Shown one piece after another: positions 31,354 through 41,574 of a stretch of 64,000 nucleotides of DNA (position 1 is its first letter; each line of letters begins with the position of its first letter). A model generated the notes under the pieces. That model was not told the DNA's origin, ran no database searches, and was given only the letters and a program-made list of their open reading frames with translations. The DNA comes from Terriglobia bacterium (GTDB lineage Bacteria; Acidobacteriota; Terriglobia; 20CM-2-55-15), in assembly GCA_965198225.1 (NCBI GenBank), contig CBDAOY010000005.1, forward strand, positions 224,001-288,000, in the 5' to 3' direction. The translations under genes were made by a program, and so were the position numbers.

Positions 31354-31532
31354 CTAGTGGCCTGTAACGGAGATATCGGCACCATCGCCGATGGGTCTTG
31401 CCAGTCGAGGTCGAGGAGAGAGGAGGAATTGATGCGGTTTCATCATGACGACGAACGACAAAGAGATCGACGGCAACCCCCATCGGCCCGGAGGGTTGCG
31501 GTGGAACCGATATCTCCGTTACAGGCCACTAG
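31354..31532. mobile_element. MITE / internally deleted IS (179 bp) with 26-bp perfect terminal inverted repeats including CTAG
   Basis: ctagtggcctgtaacggagatatcgg ... ccgatatctccgttacaggccactag. Confidence 0.8.
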
Positions 31533-33304
31533 TACGCCCGGTCCAACTCGATTCCGCGGTAGTAGGTCTTCAGAATCTCTTCGGCGGCGGCCCCGTCGAT
31601 GGCCATTCCGTAGGCGCCGACCTGGCACATGCCGACACCATGCCCCCAGCCACCCCCGTAGAATGACATACCCAGCAGTTCTCGCCGGGAGTTACGCTCC
31701 TCGTCGATGTAGACCAGGCTGTCACGCAATCCGATAAGAGTTCGTAGCCGGGAGCCGGCGATGACCCGACTGCCGTCGGTTCCGCGAAACTCGACCCTGA
31801 CGGCGCGGTCTGACGGCCCGCGCGCCAGAACCCGGATGTCTTCGAGCAGGCCGATGTCGAGGGAGCGGATTGCCGTGTCGAGTTCTTCGCGAGTTCGATG
31901 GGTCTGCCAGCGCGCCAACGGCGAGTATCGATCCGCGGAAGGGTTGCCGATGTTAGGACGGTAGACGAGAGCCTCAATCTGACCGTCGAGAATCCGGAGA
32001 TCCATGCTTTCACCACCGACCCATGCGCCCTGATCGACGGGAATCCGTTCGTTTCCGATACGCCGAAATATTGCCGCATCAGGCTTGAGCGAGAGTTCGT
32101 GGATCTCGGGTCCCATACGAACCTTGAACGTTTGGCCGTCCCAGGCAATCAGTCTGGCACTCTGCCACTCGAAAGCGTTCTTCTTGAGGATCAGGCGCAG
32201 CAGGACATCCCGCACGGCGTCGCCTCCGGCGGGCGACAGGATTCCCTGCTCCTGCAGAAACTCCAGGTCGGACTCGGTGGGTATGTTGGGGAAGAATCGA
32301 GTGCGGATGAACTGGGCCAGGACGTCGGGTTCGGCTGACGGAGGCTCACCGATGGGGTCGAGGCCGAGAAACTGCCCGGCATCGTCAAAGCCGCCGACAC
32401 CGGCCACACCGAGCAAGCCTTCGTCCCAACTGGAATACTCCGCCGTGGATGAAAACGGCTGCGGCTCCGGATGGCGGTAGTGACAAATGGTTGAAACCAG
32501 GTACGGCAGCGTCTGCTGAAAAACGTTCTCGACGTTTTCGGTCCTACCCCCGCACGTGGAACTGTACAGCGCGTTGATGGGTTCGCCCTCGTAGGTCGCG
32601 ATGATTCCCCGAGTCTCCTCCACGGCCTGTGTCGCCAGTGGATGCTCGGTGTCCAGACCCTGGTAGACCTGACAGAAATCCGTGGCGCAAATGTCGAAGT
32701 TCTCACCCTCGAACTGGCCCAGGTTCCGTACGATGTAAGTCCTGGCCGCCACGGCCTGAGCCTTCAGCGCTTCCATCTCGGGGAAAGCGTCCGGAGCCAG
32801 TTCGTTCGGAACGACGCCCAGGAGGTAGTCCTCGAGCGGCAGCTCGTTCACCACTGTCATCGACGCCCTTGAATTCCCGAACACCTCGATGTCTCCGCGA
32901 TAGGTCCGGCCCTCAACCTCGAGAGGAACCCCACCCGCCGGCCTGGCCCGCACCCTCGAATCCAGCGCGCGGATCATAATCGTTTCGGGGTTGAGCTCGA
33001 TCGCCATCCGAGGGTGGAGATCGGCCCTGGAGTAGGTGCCTTCGGCGGCGTCCAGCGTGATCACGATCGAGAACTTGGCAGAGCGGGTCCGGACGCCTTC
33101 GAGCTCGAATGGCTCCGCCGAACGCAGCATAAAATCGCTGATGTTCTGCTGGATCCCGATCCGAACGACCGGCTCATCCGGCAAGGACACCTGTGACAGC
33201 AGAAGGAACCCGAACAAGAATCGGGCCCGCGCAAACTGCGGCCACAGTCGGCCTACGATCCCTCCGTGCCTTCGGGCCTCTGTGGTAATGATCCTGCTCC
33301 TCAT
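31529..33304 (-). CDS. SpoIID/LytB domain lytic transglycosylase
   Basis: VNELPLEDYLLGVVPNE, LKAQAVAARTY, CQVYQG, GWGHGVGMCQ.GA. Confidence 0.92.
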   Translation of the reverse strand: MRSRIITTEARRHGGIVGRLWPQFARARFLFGFLLLSQVSLPDEPVVRIGIQQNISDFMLRSAEPFELEGVRTRSAKFSIVITLDAAEGTYSRADLHPRMAIELNPETIMIRALDSRVRARPAGGVPLEVEGRTYRGDIEVFGNSRASMTVVNELPLEDYLLGVVPNELAPDAFPEMEALKAQAVAARTYIVRNLGQFEGENFDICATDFCQVYQGLDTEHPLATQAVEETRGIIATYEGEPINALYSSTCGGRTENVENVFQQTLPYLVSTICHYRHPEPQPFSSTAEYSSWDEGLLGVAGVGGFDDAGQFLGLDPIGEPPSAEPDVLAQFIRTRFFPNIPTESDLEFLQEQGILSPAGGDAVRDVLLRLILKKNAFEWQSARLIAWDGQTFKVRMGPEIHELSLKPDAAIFRRIGNERIPVDQGAWVGGESMDLRILDGQIEALVYRPNIGNPSADRYSPLARWQTHRTREELDTAIRSLDIGLLEDIRVLARGPSDRAVRVEFRGTDGSRVIAGSRLRTLIGLRDSLVYIDEERNSRRELLGMSFYGGGWGHGVGMCQVGAYGMAIDGAAAEEILKTYYRGIELDRAY

Positions 33305-34833
33305 CGCATGTTGTACATGAACGTAAACTGCAGGACGATGTGATCGCTGTCGAAATCGCTGGGTAGCGGGGGAAACGGATTTGAGGCCTGAATCGCTGCC
33401 GCCGCCGATCGGTCGAGCGGATCGGCGCCGGACTGCGCCACGATACGCATGTCATCGACTCCGCCCCTCTTGAGGATCGTGAAGATGATAACGACACGGC
33501 CTCGGCGCCCCAGGCGCGCCGTTTCGGGGATCAGCGAGTACCAGTTGACCCGGACACGGTTGATGACCTGATTCATGTACGGGCCGAAATCATACCCGCG
33601 TGTGTCGGAGAGGATCGTTGGGTCTTCAGTCGAAAAGTTCGGTAGTTCCTGCACGCCCTGCTGCGTACCAGGGCGTCGGCCCGAAGCCGACTCCTGCCTG
33701 CGCCGATCTATTTGCTCGTCGATGATGCTCTCGGCGCGTCTTCGAAAGTCAGGCAGCGGGAGCGCCCGAGGGTTCGTGTTCTCTGCCAGGGGGGCGGCCT
33801 CCTCGGCGGCCTCTTCTTCCGGCTCCGCTTCGACATCCTCGCCGCCCTCGCCTACCTCCTCCGGCTCCCCGGCCTCTCCGATTTCCTCGATCGCAAAATT
33901 GCCGGCGCCATTCTCAGTCACCTCGGGGGGCTCCAGTGTGTCCCCTTCAGAGGCGGCAGGGTCGGCATCCGGCTGCGCCCCCTCTGCGATAACGTCGTCG
34001 GGACCGATCATTGGCGGTGGAGGAAGCTCCGGCGGTGGAGGCGGTTCGGGTTCGGGCGGTGGAGTCGGTTCCGGTTCCGGCGGAGGCGGTCCTGGAACAG
34101 GAGGCGCCTCCTCAGGCAAAGGAACGGCGATCGCGGGGGGGAGGTTCTCGGCAATCTGAGGCGGCGGCTCAGGAGCCGGTACGAGCTCCGGCGGCAACAC
34201 CAAGTCCCGGAGGATGAAGCGGTCCTGGTCGAAATCCTGACCCGCGATCCGGATGACGCGACGGGGTTGACTCCTCAAAAAGTCCGGGTTCAGGCCGAAG
34301 AAAACCACGATCAAGATCAGTGCCAGCACGCCGGCAGGGCGGTGCAACCTGCGGATCGACCACAGGGGTTTAACCTCGACGGGCTCGGCCGTTGTTTCGA
34401 CCGTGATCGGATGGAGAGAGTCATCGATCATCGCCCGTACCTGACGCACGATGGAAACCAGGACCGAACGCGGCTCGATCAGATTGTCGAGCGCGCCCGG
34501 ATCCGGAATGGCCGTGATCTCGGCTCGCGGGGGAGGATTCCGAAATTCCGCGAACAACTCCAGGAATTGACGACGGATCGAACTGAACGGAGAGGGAGCC
34601 TCCACCATCCGGGCCAGCGCTTCCGGATCGCTCGCGGCAGTTGTTTCAACGGGTTCTGGGGGGTTCCGACGCTCGTCGAGCAGCTCTCGAATCTGTCGGC
34701 GAAGCGAAGAAAACCACCCTTCCCGGGCAACTTCGTGAAGGGTGAAGATGCCCGGATCCCTGCCAGGTTCCGCAGGCCGGCCCCTGCCGGCTTCGGCAGG
34801 CCGTCGCTCCGTCGGTTGGTTTTCGAGTGACAT
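33301..34833 (-). CDS. TonB/TolA family protein
   Basis: TM segment, Pro/Glu-rich linker, C-terminal TonB_2-like domain (SG..LDRSA.AAI..SNPFPPLP). Confidence 0.85.
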   Translation of the reverse strand: MSLENQPTERRPAEAGRGRPAEPGRDPGIFTLHEVAREGWFSSLRRQIRELLDERRNPPEPVETTAASDPEALARMVEAPSPFSSIRRQFLELFAEFRNPPPRAEITAIPDPGALDNLIEPRSVLVSIVRQVRAMIDDSLHPITVETTAEPVEVKPLWSIRRLHRPAGVLALILIVVFFGLNPDFLRSQPRRVIRIAGQDFDQDRFILRDLVLPPELVPAPEPPPQIAENLPPAIAVPLPEEAPPVPGPPPPEPEPTPPPEPEPPPPPELPPPPMIGPDDVIAEGAQPDADPAASEGDTLEPPEVTENGAGNFAIEEIGEAGEPEEVGEGGEDVEAEPEEEAAEEAAPLAENTNPRALPLPDFRRRAESIIDEQIDRRRQESASGRRPGTQQGVQELPNFSTEDPTILSDTRGYDFGPYMNQVINRVRVNWYSLIPETARLGRRGRVVIIFTILKRGGVDDMRIVAQSGADPLDRSAAAAIQASNPFPPLPSDFDSDHIVLQFTFMYNMR

Positions 34834-34866
34834 CCCTCTAAAACAGTTTAGCCCGTCGTCCGTCCT

Positions 34867-35814
34867 TCAAGATACTGATCTCTGTGAGATGCTGCGCGCC
34901 TCCAGCCTCCGGCCAATCTCATCGTTGACCGAAACCGCCACGGCGAGCGCCGCGAGACCCGCTTCGCCGGTGACTCTTGGCGATTCGCGGTTGCGAACAC
35001 AGGCGGCGAAGCTTTCCAGTTGCAGCTTCAGCGGCTCCTCGTGAGCCGGTTCGAGCCGGCGCTCGTGAATTCTTCCGCTTTGGAGCGAGAGAACATGCCC
35101 CTGTTGGGCGGAAAAGTCGAGGGAAACGTAATCGTGTGGTTGGAAAAAACGCAGCTTGCGTACCTTGTCGGTACTGACACGGCTCGCGGTCAGGTTTGCA
35201 ACGCATCCGTCTTGGAATTCGATTCGGGCGTTGGCGATGTCGGCCTTCTCGGAGAGGACCGGAATCCCGACGGCCCGAATTTCCGACACCTCCGAGTCGA
35301 CCAGACTCAGGACGATGTCGATGTCGTGGATCATCAGATCCAGCACGACATCGATGTCGAGACTCCTCATCGAAAACACGCTCAGGCGATGGACCTCGAA
35401 AAACTGGGGCCGGGTAGCGAGTCCCTGTGCTGCGAGGACCACTGGATTAAACCTCTCGACGTGCCCAACCTGAAGGATCCTGTCGTTTTCGCGCGCACAA
35501 TCGATCAGCGATCGGGCTTCGCTGATGTTCGGCGCGATCGGTTTCTCCACAAGCAGATCGATCCCGCGGGTGAGACACTCACGACCGATGGTCGCATGCT
35601 CCTCGGTCGGAACCGCGAGGCTGAGGGCGTCGACGTCGGCGAGTAGATCCCGAAAGTTCTGCACGGCCCGGCCGCCGCAGTCGGCGGCGGCGCGTTCAGC
35701 CCTTTCGACCACGATGTCGGCAACTCCGACCAGCTCGACGCCATCCAACCCGGAATATATCCGAGCGTGATGCTGGCCGAGATGCCCGACTCCGATGACA
35801 CCGACTTTCAACAT
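34867..35814 (-). CDS. Gfo/Idh/MocA oxidoreductase (GnnA-like)
   Basis: GVGHLG, VEKP, GHVERFNP, DLMIHD, NLTASR; downstream of lpxI. Confidence 0.88.
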   Translation of the reverse strand: MLKVGVIGVGHLGQHHARIYSGLDGVELVGVADIVVERAERAAADCGGRAVQNFRDLLADVDALSLAVPTEEHATIGRECLTRGIDLLVEKPIAPNISEARSLIDCARENDRILQVGHVERFNPVVLAAQGLATRPQFFEVHRLSVFSMRSLDIDVVLDLMIHDIDIVLSLVDSEVSEIRAVGIPVLSEKADIANARIEFQDGCVANLTASRVSTDKVRKLRFFQPHDYVSLDFSAQQGHVLSLQSGRIHERRLEPAHEEPLKLQLESFAACVRNRESPRVTGEAGLAALAVAVSVNDEIGRRLEARSISQRSVS

Positions 35815-35851
35815 GGCAACAATTCGCTAATGTCCAAGAAACCGCTATCAG

Positions 35852-35918
35852 GTGTAGGTGCCGTCTATGACCGCACATCCAGACCGAAACAATGTGCGCT
35901 CATAGAGCGCACCTACAC
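35852..35918. repeat. REP doublet family C
   Basis: gtgtaggtgccgtctatgaccgcac ... gtgcgctcatagagcgcacctacac. Confidence 0.88.
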
Positions 35919-35935
35919 TCCATCCTCCGTATCGG

Positions 35936-36751
35936 TCATTCGACTGCAACGATGGCGATTTGATTCTCGTCCGCTTTCCGTATGAAATCGTCGCGGTCGA
36001 TCATCAAGGTCCTTCGGGCTTCGATCGCCACGGCGGTCACGCGATGGCGGACCAGCGCGTCGATCGTTTCCGGGCCGACGACGGGCACGTCGAATCGAGG
36101 GTCCTGGTTCGGCTTGGCCAGTTTGACCAGTCTCAGGTCCCGACCGTTGACCAGAGAGGCCGCCCGTTCCACGATCGCGTCGGTCCCCTCCATCGCCTCC
36201 AATGCAACGCAGGCGCCGTCGCTGACGACCACAGACTGCCCAAGGTCCAGACGGCCCAACTCCCGGGCAATCCGGCAGCCGTAGTCCAGGTCCCGTTGCT
36301 CGTCGTCGGTCGGCTTGCGCCCGGTCAGCAGACCGGGAGCGGGCAGCAGCGGTCCGAGGAACGCCGTGGAATCCATCAACTCGATTCCCTCATCCTCCAG
36401 AACCCGGGCGACACCGCCGATCAAGGAATCGGTCGACTTGGTAGCCAGGCCGGCAAGCATCTGGAGCATCTTCAAGTCCGGAACGATGCCGCTGAAAATC
36501 TGCTTGTGCTTGACCTGCCCGGCCATGACCGCACGATTGACACCTTCGCTCTTGAACGTCTTGATCAGCTTCCCCAATTGTCCCAGCGACACCCAGTGAA
36601 CCGTGTCGGCTTCCTTCTCGATTTCGGGGAACGTTTCCTCCTTGATCGCGGCAACGACCATTTCGATACCCTGGCTCCGGGCTGCCTCCAGGACAAGGAA
36701 GGGGAACCTGCCGTTCCCGGCGATCAGACCGAATCTACTTGATGATCCCAC
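35936..36751 (-). CDS. lpxI: UDP-2,3-diacylglucosamine diphosphatase LpxI
   Basis: GLIAGNGRFP, DLGQSVV, EAMEGTD, KPNQD.RFDVP. Confidence 0.93.
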   Translation of the reverse strand: MGSSSRFGLIAGNGRFPFLVLEAARSQGIEMVVAAIKEETFPEIEKEADTVHWVSLGQLGKLIKTFKSEGVNRAVMAGQVKHKQIFSGIVPDLKMLQMLAGLATKSTDSLIGGVARVLEDEGIELMDSTAFLGPLLPAPGLLTGRKPTDDEQRDLDYGCRIARELGRLDLGQSVVVSDGACVALEAMEGTDAIVERAASLVNGRDLRLVKLAKPNQDPRFDVPVVGPETIDALVRHRVTAVAIEARRTLMIDRDDFIRKADENQIAIVAVE

Positions 36752-37520
36752 GGGGCGAGCTCTCGATGAATTCGATGATCGTCTGCGCCTCGACTCCCTC
36801 GACCTGCTCGCGGATCGCCTCCACCGCCTGCGAAGTGTTGAGCTTGGACTGTAGCAGCAGCCGGAAAGCCTTCTTGACGTTCGCGATCTGTTCGGATGAA
36901 AAGCCCCGGCGTTCCAACCCGAGCGTGTTGGCGCCGTAGGCTTTGGTGTCTCGAGGAGTCACGGTCTTCGAGTACGGAAGGACATCTTTGGTCACGACCG
37001 AATAGCCGCCGATCCAACCGTGGGTGCCGACGCGACAGAACGGGTGAACTCCGGAAAACGCGCCGACCGTCCCGTAGTCCTCGATGACGACGTGGCCGCC
37101 CAGGGTGGCCGCATTCGCCATCATGACGTGGTCACCCAGTATGCAGTCATGGGCGACGTGCGCATTGACCAGGAAATAACAGTCGTTGCCGATGCGCGTC
37201 TCGCCGCCGCCGGCAGTCCCCCTGTTGACGTTCACGTACTCGCGGAAGACATTGTTCGCACCGATAACCAGGGGTGTGGACTCGCCGGCGAACTTGAGGT
37301 CCTGGGGCGGCGATCCGATCGTGCAGAAGGGGAAGAACCGATTGTTGTCCCCGATTGTCGTCGGGCCTTCGACGACTACATGAGACTCGAAATGGCAGCC
37401 CGCACCGATCCGAACGTCCTCCCCGATCGTGCAGTAGGGCCCGATGTAGACATCGGAGGCAATCTTAGCGTTGCTGCTCACCAGGGCCGTCTCATGAATT
37501 GTGCAACTACTCGTCGACAC
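36735..37520 (-). CDS. lpxA: UDP-N-acetylglucosamine acyltransferase
   Basis: Hexapeptide repeats, PQDLK, HVAHDC, LGGHV. Confidence 0.94.
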   Translation of the reverse strand: MSTSSCTIHETALVSSNAKIASDVYIGPYCTIGEDVRIGAGCHFESHVVVEGPTTIGDNNRFFPFCTIGSPPQDLKFAGESTPLVIGANNVFREYVNVNRGTAGGGETRIGNDCYFLVNAHVAHDCILGDHVMMANAATLGGHVVIEDYGTVGAFSGVHPFCRVGTHGWIGGYSVVTKDVLPYSKTVTPRDTKAYGANTLGLERRGFSSEQIANVKKAFRLLLQSKLNTSQAVEAIREQVEGVEAQTIIEFIESSPRGIIK

Positions 37521-37589
37521 TGTCTGTATCCCTGGTCTCGACCGGCGCGCGAAGCGCGCCCAACGGCCTACGGCCTACGGATAACGGAC

Positions 37590-38027
37590 TCACGGCCTCT
37601 TCCCGATTGACGACAGCAAGGTCGCTTCCGCGGCCAGCTCGTCGCCCACGTGGACCTCCCCCCGCATCTTCCAGATGGTTGCCTTGCGTCGAAGGATCTC
37701 GACTACGATTCGCAGTTGATCGCCGGGCACGATCGGGCGTCTGAACTTCGCAGCATCGATACCCATGAAGTAAACAAGCGCGTTTTCCAGGTCGGGTTCA
37801 TCGAGGAGTCCGAGGATCGCACCGGTCTGGGCCATGGACTCGATCGTCAGAACGCCCGGCATGACCGGGGCGCCGGGAAAGTGCCCGGCAAAGAACGGTT
37901 CGTTGATCGTGACGTTCTTGATGCCGACGATCCGACTGTCACGTTCGACCTCGACGACGCGGTCCACGAGAAGGAACGGGTAGCGATGCGGAAGGATCCG
38001 CATGATCTCCGCGATACGCAGGTCCAA
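37590..38027 (-). CDS. fabZ: 3-hydroxyacyl-ACP dehydratase
   Basis: [25 protein letters not shown]. Confidence 0.96.
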   Translation of the reverse strand: MDLRIAEIMRILPHRYPFLLVDRVVEVERDSRIVGIKNVTINEPFFAGHFPGAPVMPGVLTIESMAQTGAILGLLDEPDLENALVYFMGIDAAKFRRPIVPGDQLRIVVEILRRKATIWKMRGEVHVGDELAAEATLLSSIGKRP

Positions 38028-38063
38028 AGAGCCTCCTAACGCGCGTGCCAGTCAACTCGGGCT

Positions 38064-38624
38064 TCAGGGCTGCGGCTTTGGGCCAGGTTCGCTGGGCTCA
38101 CCAGTTTCAGCTGCATCCAACCGCCGTATGATTTCAGTGGTGATGTCGGCGACTTCTTCCACGAAAACGATGCCGGACTGAGGACTGGAGGCGTCCAGGA
38201 TGAGCGTGTACCCTTGTTCGCGAGCGTACTCTTCAAGCGCGGCGCCGGCAGCGTCGACGACAGGAGCAATCAGTTCCTGCTGTTTCGCCTGCAGCTCCAA
38301 TTCCGCGTCCTCCTGGTTTCGTGTCAACTGTGTCGTCTTGGTCTGGATATCCCTGTTCAGCTCCGCCAAAGCCGACTGCGACAGGGCTCGCTCCTGCGTC
38401 TGGAGCCGTTCCTGCAGGCCATTCAGCTCGTTCTGGAGTGCTTCGAGCAGACCACGACGCTCGTCGAAGAAGATCTGGATTTGCTCGGAAGCTCTCACTC
38501 CGCTGGCGCAGTCGCGCACGACTCTTCCGATGTCGATGACGCCCACCTTCGAGCCAACTTGTGCCGCCAGCGAGGTCGGCAGCAGCAGCGTGAGCGCTAT
38601 TAGCTTTAGGTACCTCATTTTCAT
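38064..38624 (-). CDS. skp: OmpH/Skp periplasmic chaperone
   Basis: Signal peptide, KVGVID, coiled coil, GYTLILD, DIT; lies between bamA and fabZ. Confidence 0.88.
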   Translation of the reverse strand: MKMRYLKLIALTLLLPTSLAAQVGSKVGVIDIGRVVRDCASGVRASEQIQIFFDERRGLLEALQNELNGLQERLQTQERALSQSALAELNRDIQTKTTQLTRNQEDAELELQAKQQELIAPVVDAAGAALEEYAREQGYTLILDASSPQSGIVFVEEVADITTEIIRRLDAAETGEPSEPGPKPQP

Positions 38625-38669
38625 TTTTTATTCTTTCTCTCCAGGTCTGTGTCAGCTCGGCGCCGACCT

Positions 38670-41315
38670 CTAGAAAGTCCTTCCAACGGTGAATTTTATC
38701 GTGCGCAGATCCTCCCTCAGGAAGAACGGAGTTCCCTGATTCGGGCCCAAGTACGCGCGATTGATACGCAGGGGATTGTAGGCAAAAATCAAGCGGAAAG
38801 GCGCGTTGATGACCGGCATGATCACCTGTATTTCCGCACCCGTGCTCACGCGAACACCGGAATTCGTTCCCGGCAGGAACTGCACGGGCTTGAATGTGAT
38901 GTTTCCGTCGGCATCGACGATCTGCCGCCGCAGTTGGTCTTTGTCGGTGACCCAGGAATTCCCGACGTCGATGAACGGGGCGAGATTGATCGGCCCCACG
39001 ATGGGAATCCGGTATTCGAGGTTTGCGACCGCGGAGGTATCGCCACCGACCCAGGCGATGTCATCCACGGCGAACGGCTGGCCCGTCAACGAGTCCGTCA
39101 GTTCCCGATCTACAAAAGCAATCGGGCTGATCGACCGAAACTCGAAACCCCGGATGTCGAAGTCTCCACCCATGAAGAACCGTTCGAAGAACGGGGCACT
39201 CGTGCTGGAGAACCCCTTCAGGTACGACGTCTGCAGCCGAAACGCCAGGACATTCCGGCCGTAGTAGTCCGGCTTGAAGAGGTTCATCGACCTGAAGAAT
39301 TGAAACTCCATGATCGGCCGGATGAAGTTGACGTTACCGCCCAACGGACCGCCAGTGAATTCGAATGAACCCGTCAGACTTTGCCCGTGGGTCGGGGTCA
39401 TCGGGTTGTTCACCGTGTTGTAGGTGTAGGTCGGTATGATCGAGCGGGTTCTGAAATTGCTGAAGCTGCCGCTGGTAATCAGCCGCTCTTCCTCGGACTG
39501 CTTGACGTTGTCGAAGAAGGCCGAGGTCGCCGGGTTCACCGCGGAGGTCTCGGAATTGTCGAACTGGAACGTCATCCCGAGGCGCTGAAACACGCGGAAG
39601 GGGTAGCTGGCGAACACGTTGAAACCCCGACGGCTCTGCTCGTAATTCAACCGGTTTTCGAAGCCGAGCCCTTGGGGCAAGTCGTCCGGATTCAGGCCGA
39701 AGATGTCACGAGCCTGGTCGAACCGGTACTCGCTCCTGAATACGGAAAAGCCCGTAGAGATCGGTCGGTCCAGCAGGTACGGTTCGTTGAAACTGAAGAT
39801 CAAGTTGGACTGCCGCGTACCGCCCTGGATGTTGAACGACAGCGTCTCACCGAAACCGAGGAAGTTGTTCGTGGAGTAGTTCAACCCGAGGAAGCTTCCG
39901 CCGATGCCGCTGACACCCCCGTTGAAACCGATCGATTGCCGGCCTTTCTCATCCACGGTCAAAGTGATGTCCACCTCGGGCAGGGTCGGGTTGGGCCGAA
40001 TGTCGGCCGACTCTTCGGTGACTTCCTCGAAATACCCCAGCTGGTTGAGTCGCAGCAGGCTCATGTCCCACAGTTGGGAGTTGAAGATACTGCCTTCCTG
40101 CAGCATGACTTCGCGCCGAATCACCTTGTCCCGGGTCGTCGTGTTGCCGCGGAAATTGATCCGCTTCACGAAGAACTGGCGGTCTTCGTCGATGTCGATC
40201 GTCAAGTTCACGATCTCGTTCTGGTCGTCGAAATCGTGGAGGGGAACCGGCGTCGCATTGATGAAACCGCGGGCCCCGTACAGCTTCGTGAGGCTCTCAA
40301 AGCCTTCGCGAAGCATGGTTTCGTTGTAGACCTGGCCCGGGATCAAACCGAGTACGGCAAGGACCTGCAGGTCGGTGAACTCAGTATTGCCTGTGACCTG
40401 AACGTCACCGATCCGGTACTGCTCATTCTCTTCGACCTGAATCGTGATGAAGAAGCGATCGAGTTCCTTCTTCCAGAACGGAATCGGAATGCCCCACGGA
40501 ACCGGCAGCTTGATGAACGGCAGGGTCCGGTAGACCTTGTGCGGCCGGACCTCGATTTGCGGCTCGAGGACGTTGGCCCGGACGTATCCGTTCTCGGCGT
40601 ACATCATGCGAATCCGCGTGATGTCGTCGCCCATCTTCAGCTCGTGGTAGACATCCTTGCTCGTAAAGGGCGTGATTGGGCCTGCCTCCTTGAGCAACTG
40701 CATCGCTCCCTTGATCTTCCCATCCGAAAAAACCTCGTTGCCGATGATCTCGATATTCTCGATCTTGATCTTCGGTCCCTCATCGATGACGAAGGCAACG
40801 CCGATCGCGTTGGGAGGAATGTCGTAGGTTTCAACTTCGATCGTGGCGTTCTGGCGGCCCTTCTCGGCCAGCAGATCCAGCAGCACTACCTCGGCGCGCT
40901 TGACGCGCGTAGGGTCATAGGGCGACTCGATACTCAGACCGACCTTTCTCTCACGGAGGCGCTCCAGGATGTCGGACAACGTCACCGACTTGTGGTTCTC
41001 ATAGTCGATGGCCCGGATGAGGGGCTTTTCATCCACCCTGAAGATGATGATCTTGCCCCGGTCGCCTTCTTCCTCTTCCACAACGATGTCGTCGAAGTAG
41101 CCCAGGGCATAGAGCGCCTTGATGTCCCGCTGGAGGACAACGGTATTCACGACATCACCCGCCTTGGTCTGGAGGTTGTACTTGATCGTGTCGGAAGGGA
41201 TTCTGCGGTTCCCGAACACGTCGACGGCCTCGATCATGTCCGGATTCGGAGTACGCAGAATCTGGGGTTCGGCACCGTTCAAGAACAGCGCCATGAAAAC
41301 GGCAAACAGCTTCAT
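38670..41315 (-). CDS. bamA: Outer membrane protein assembly factor BamA
   Basis: POTRA domains (GN..TRDKVIRRE), IRGF motif, C-terminal F; ATG 41315 follows GGAGG. Confidence 0.95.
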   Translation of the reverse strand: MKLFAVFMALFLNGAEPQILRTPNPDMIEAVDVFGNRRIPSDTIKYNLQTKAGDVVNTVVLQRDIKALYALGYFDDIVVEEEEGDRGKIIIFRVDEKPLIRAIDYENHKSVTLSDILERLRERKVGLSIESPYDPTRVKRAEVVLLDLLAEKGRQNATIEVETYDIPPNAIGVAFVIDEGPKIKIENIEIIGNEVFSDGKIKGAMQLLKEAGPITPFTSKDVYHELKMGDDITRIRMMYAENGYVRANVLEPQIEVRPHKVYRTLPFIKLPVPWGIPIPFWKKELDRFFITIQVEENEQYRIGDVQVTGNTEFTDLQVLAVLGLIPGQVYNETMLREGFESLTKLYGARGFINATPVPLHDFDDQNEIVNLTIDIDEDRQFFVKRINFRGNTTTRDKVIRREVMLQEGSIFNSQLWDMSLLRLNQLGYFEEVTEESADIRPNPTLPEVDITLTVDEKGRQSIGFNGGVSGIGGSFLGLNYSTNNFLGFGETLSFNIQGGTRQSNLIFSFNEPYLLDRPISTGFSVFRSEYRFDQARDIFGLNPDDLPQGLGFENRLNYEQSRRGFNVFASYPFRVFQRLGMTFQFDNSETSAVNPATSAFFDNVKQSEEERLITSGSFSNFRTRSIIPTYTYNTVNNPMTPTHGQSLTGSFEFTGGPLGGNVNFIRPIMEFQFFRSMNLFKPDYYGRNVLAFRLQTSYLKGFSSTSAPFFERFFMGGDFDIRGFEFRSISPIAFVDRELTDSLTGQPFAVDDIAWVGGDTSAVANLEYRIPIVGPINLAPFIDVGNSWVTDKDQLRRQIVDADGNITFKPVQFLPGTNSGVRVSTGAEIQVIMPVINAPFRLIFAYNPLRINRAYLGPNQGTPFFLREDLRTIKFTVGRTF

Positions 41316-41574
41316 TTCTTCCTCCAACCTTCAAACAGGAAAAACAATTTTAAATTGTACTACGACCATTCCCGTAAATCCAATGGACAGTGCATCATAA
41401 GTGTCCCGAATGGTCAGGCCTCCGAAGCCGGCAGACTCGTCTGGAAAAGCAACCGGGAATGGGATCGGATTCGACTTCCTCTACCGATAGGTATACTTCG
41501 CCCTGAAGCATTGATTCTTAGACTGTAGCGAGATGTTTTGGTGGGAAAGAAAGAGAGACTTTAGTGACAAGTGA

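Noticed and set aside
39381-41528. 715-aa plus-strand ORF
   Set aside because: Antisense shadow of bamA.
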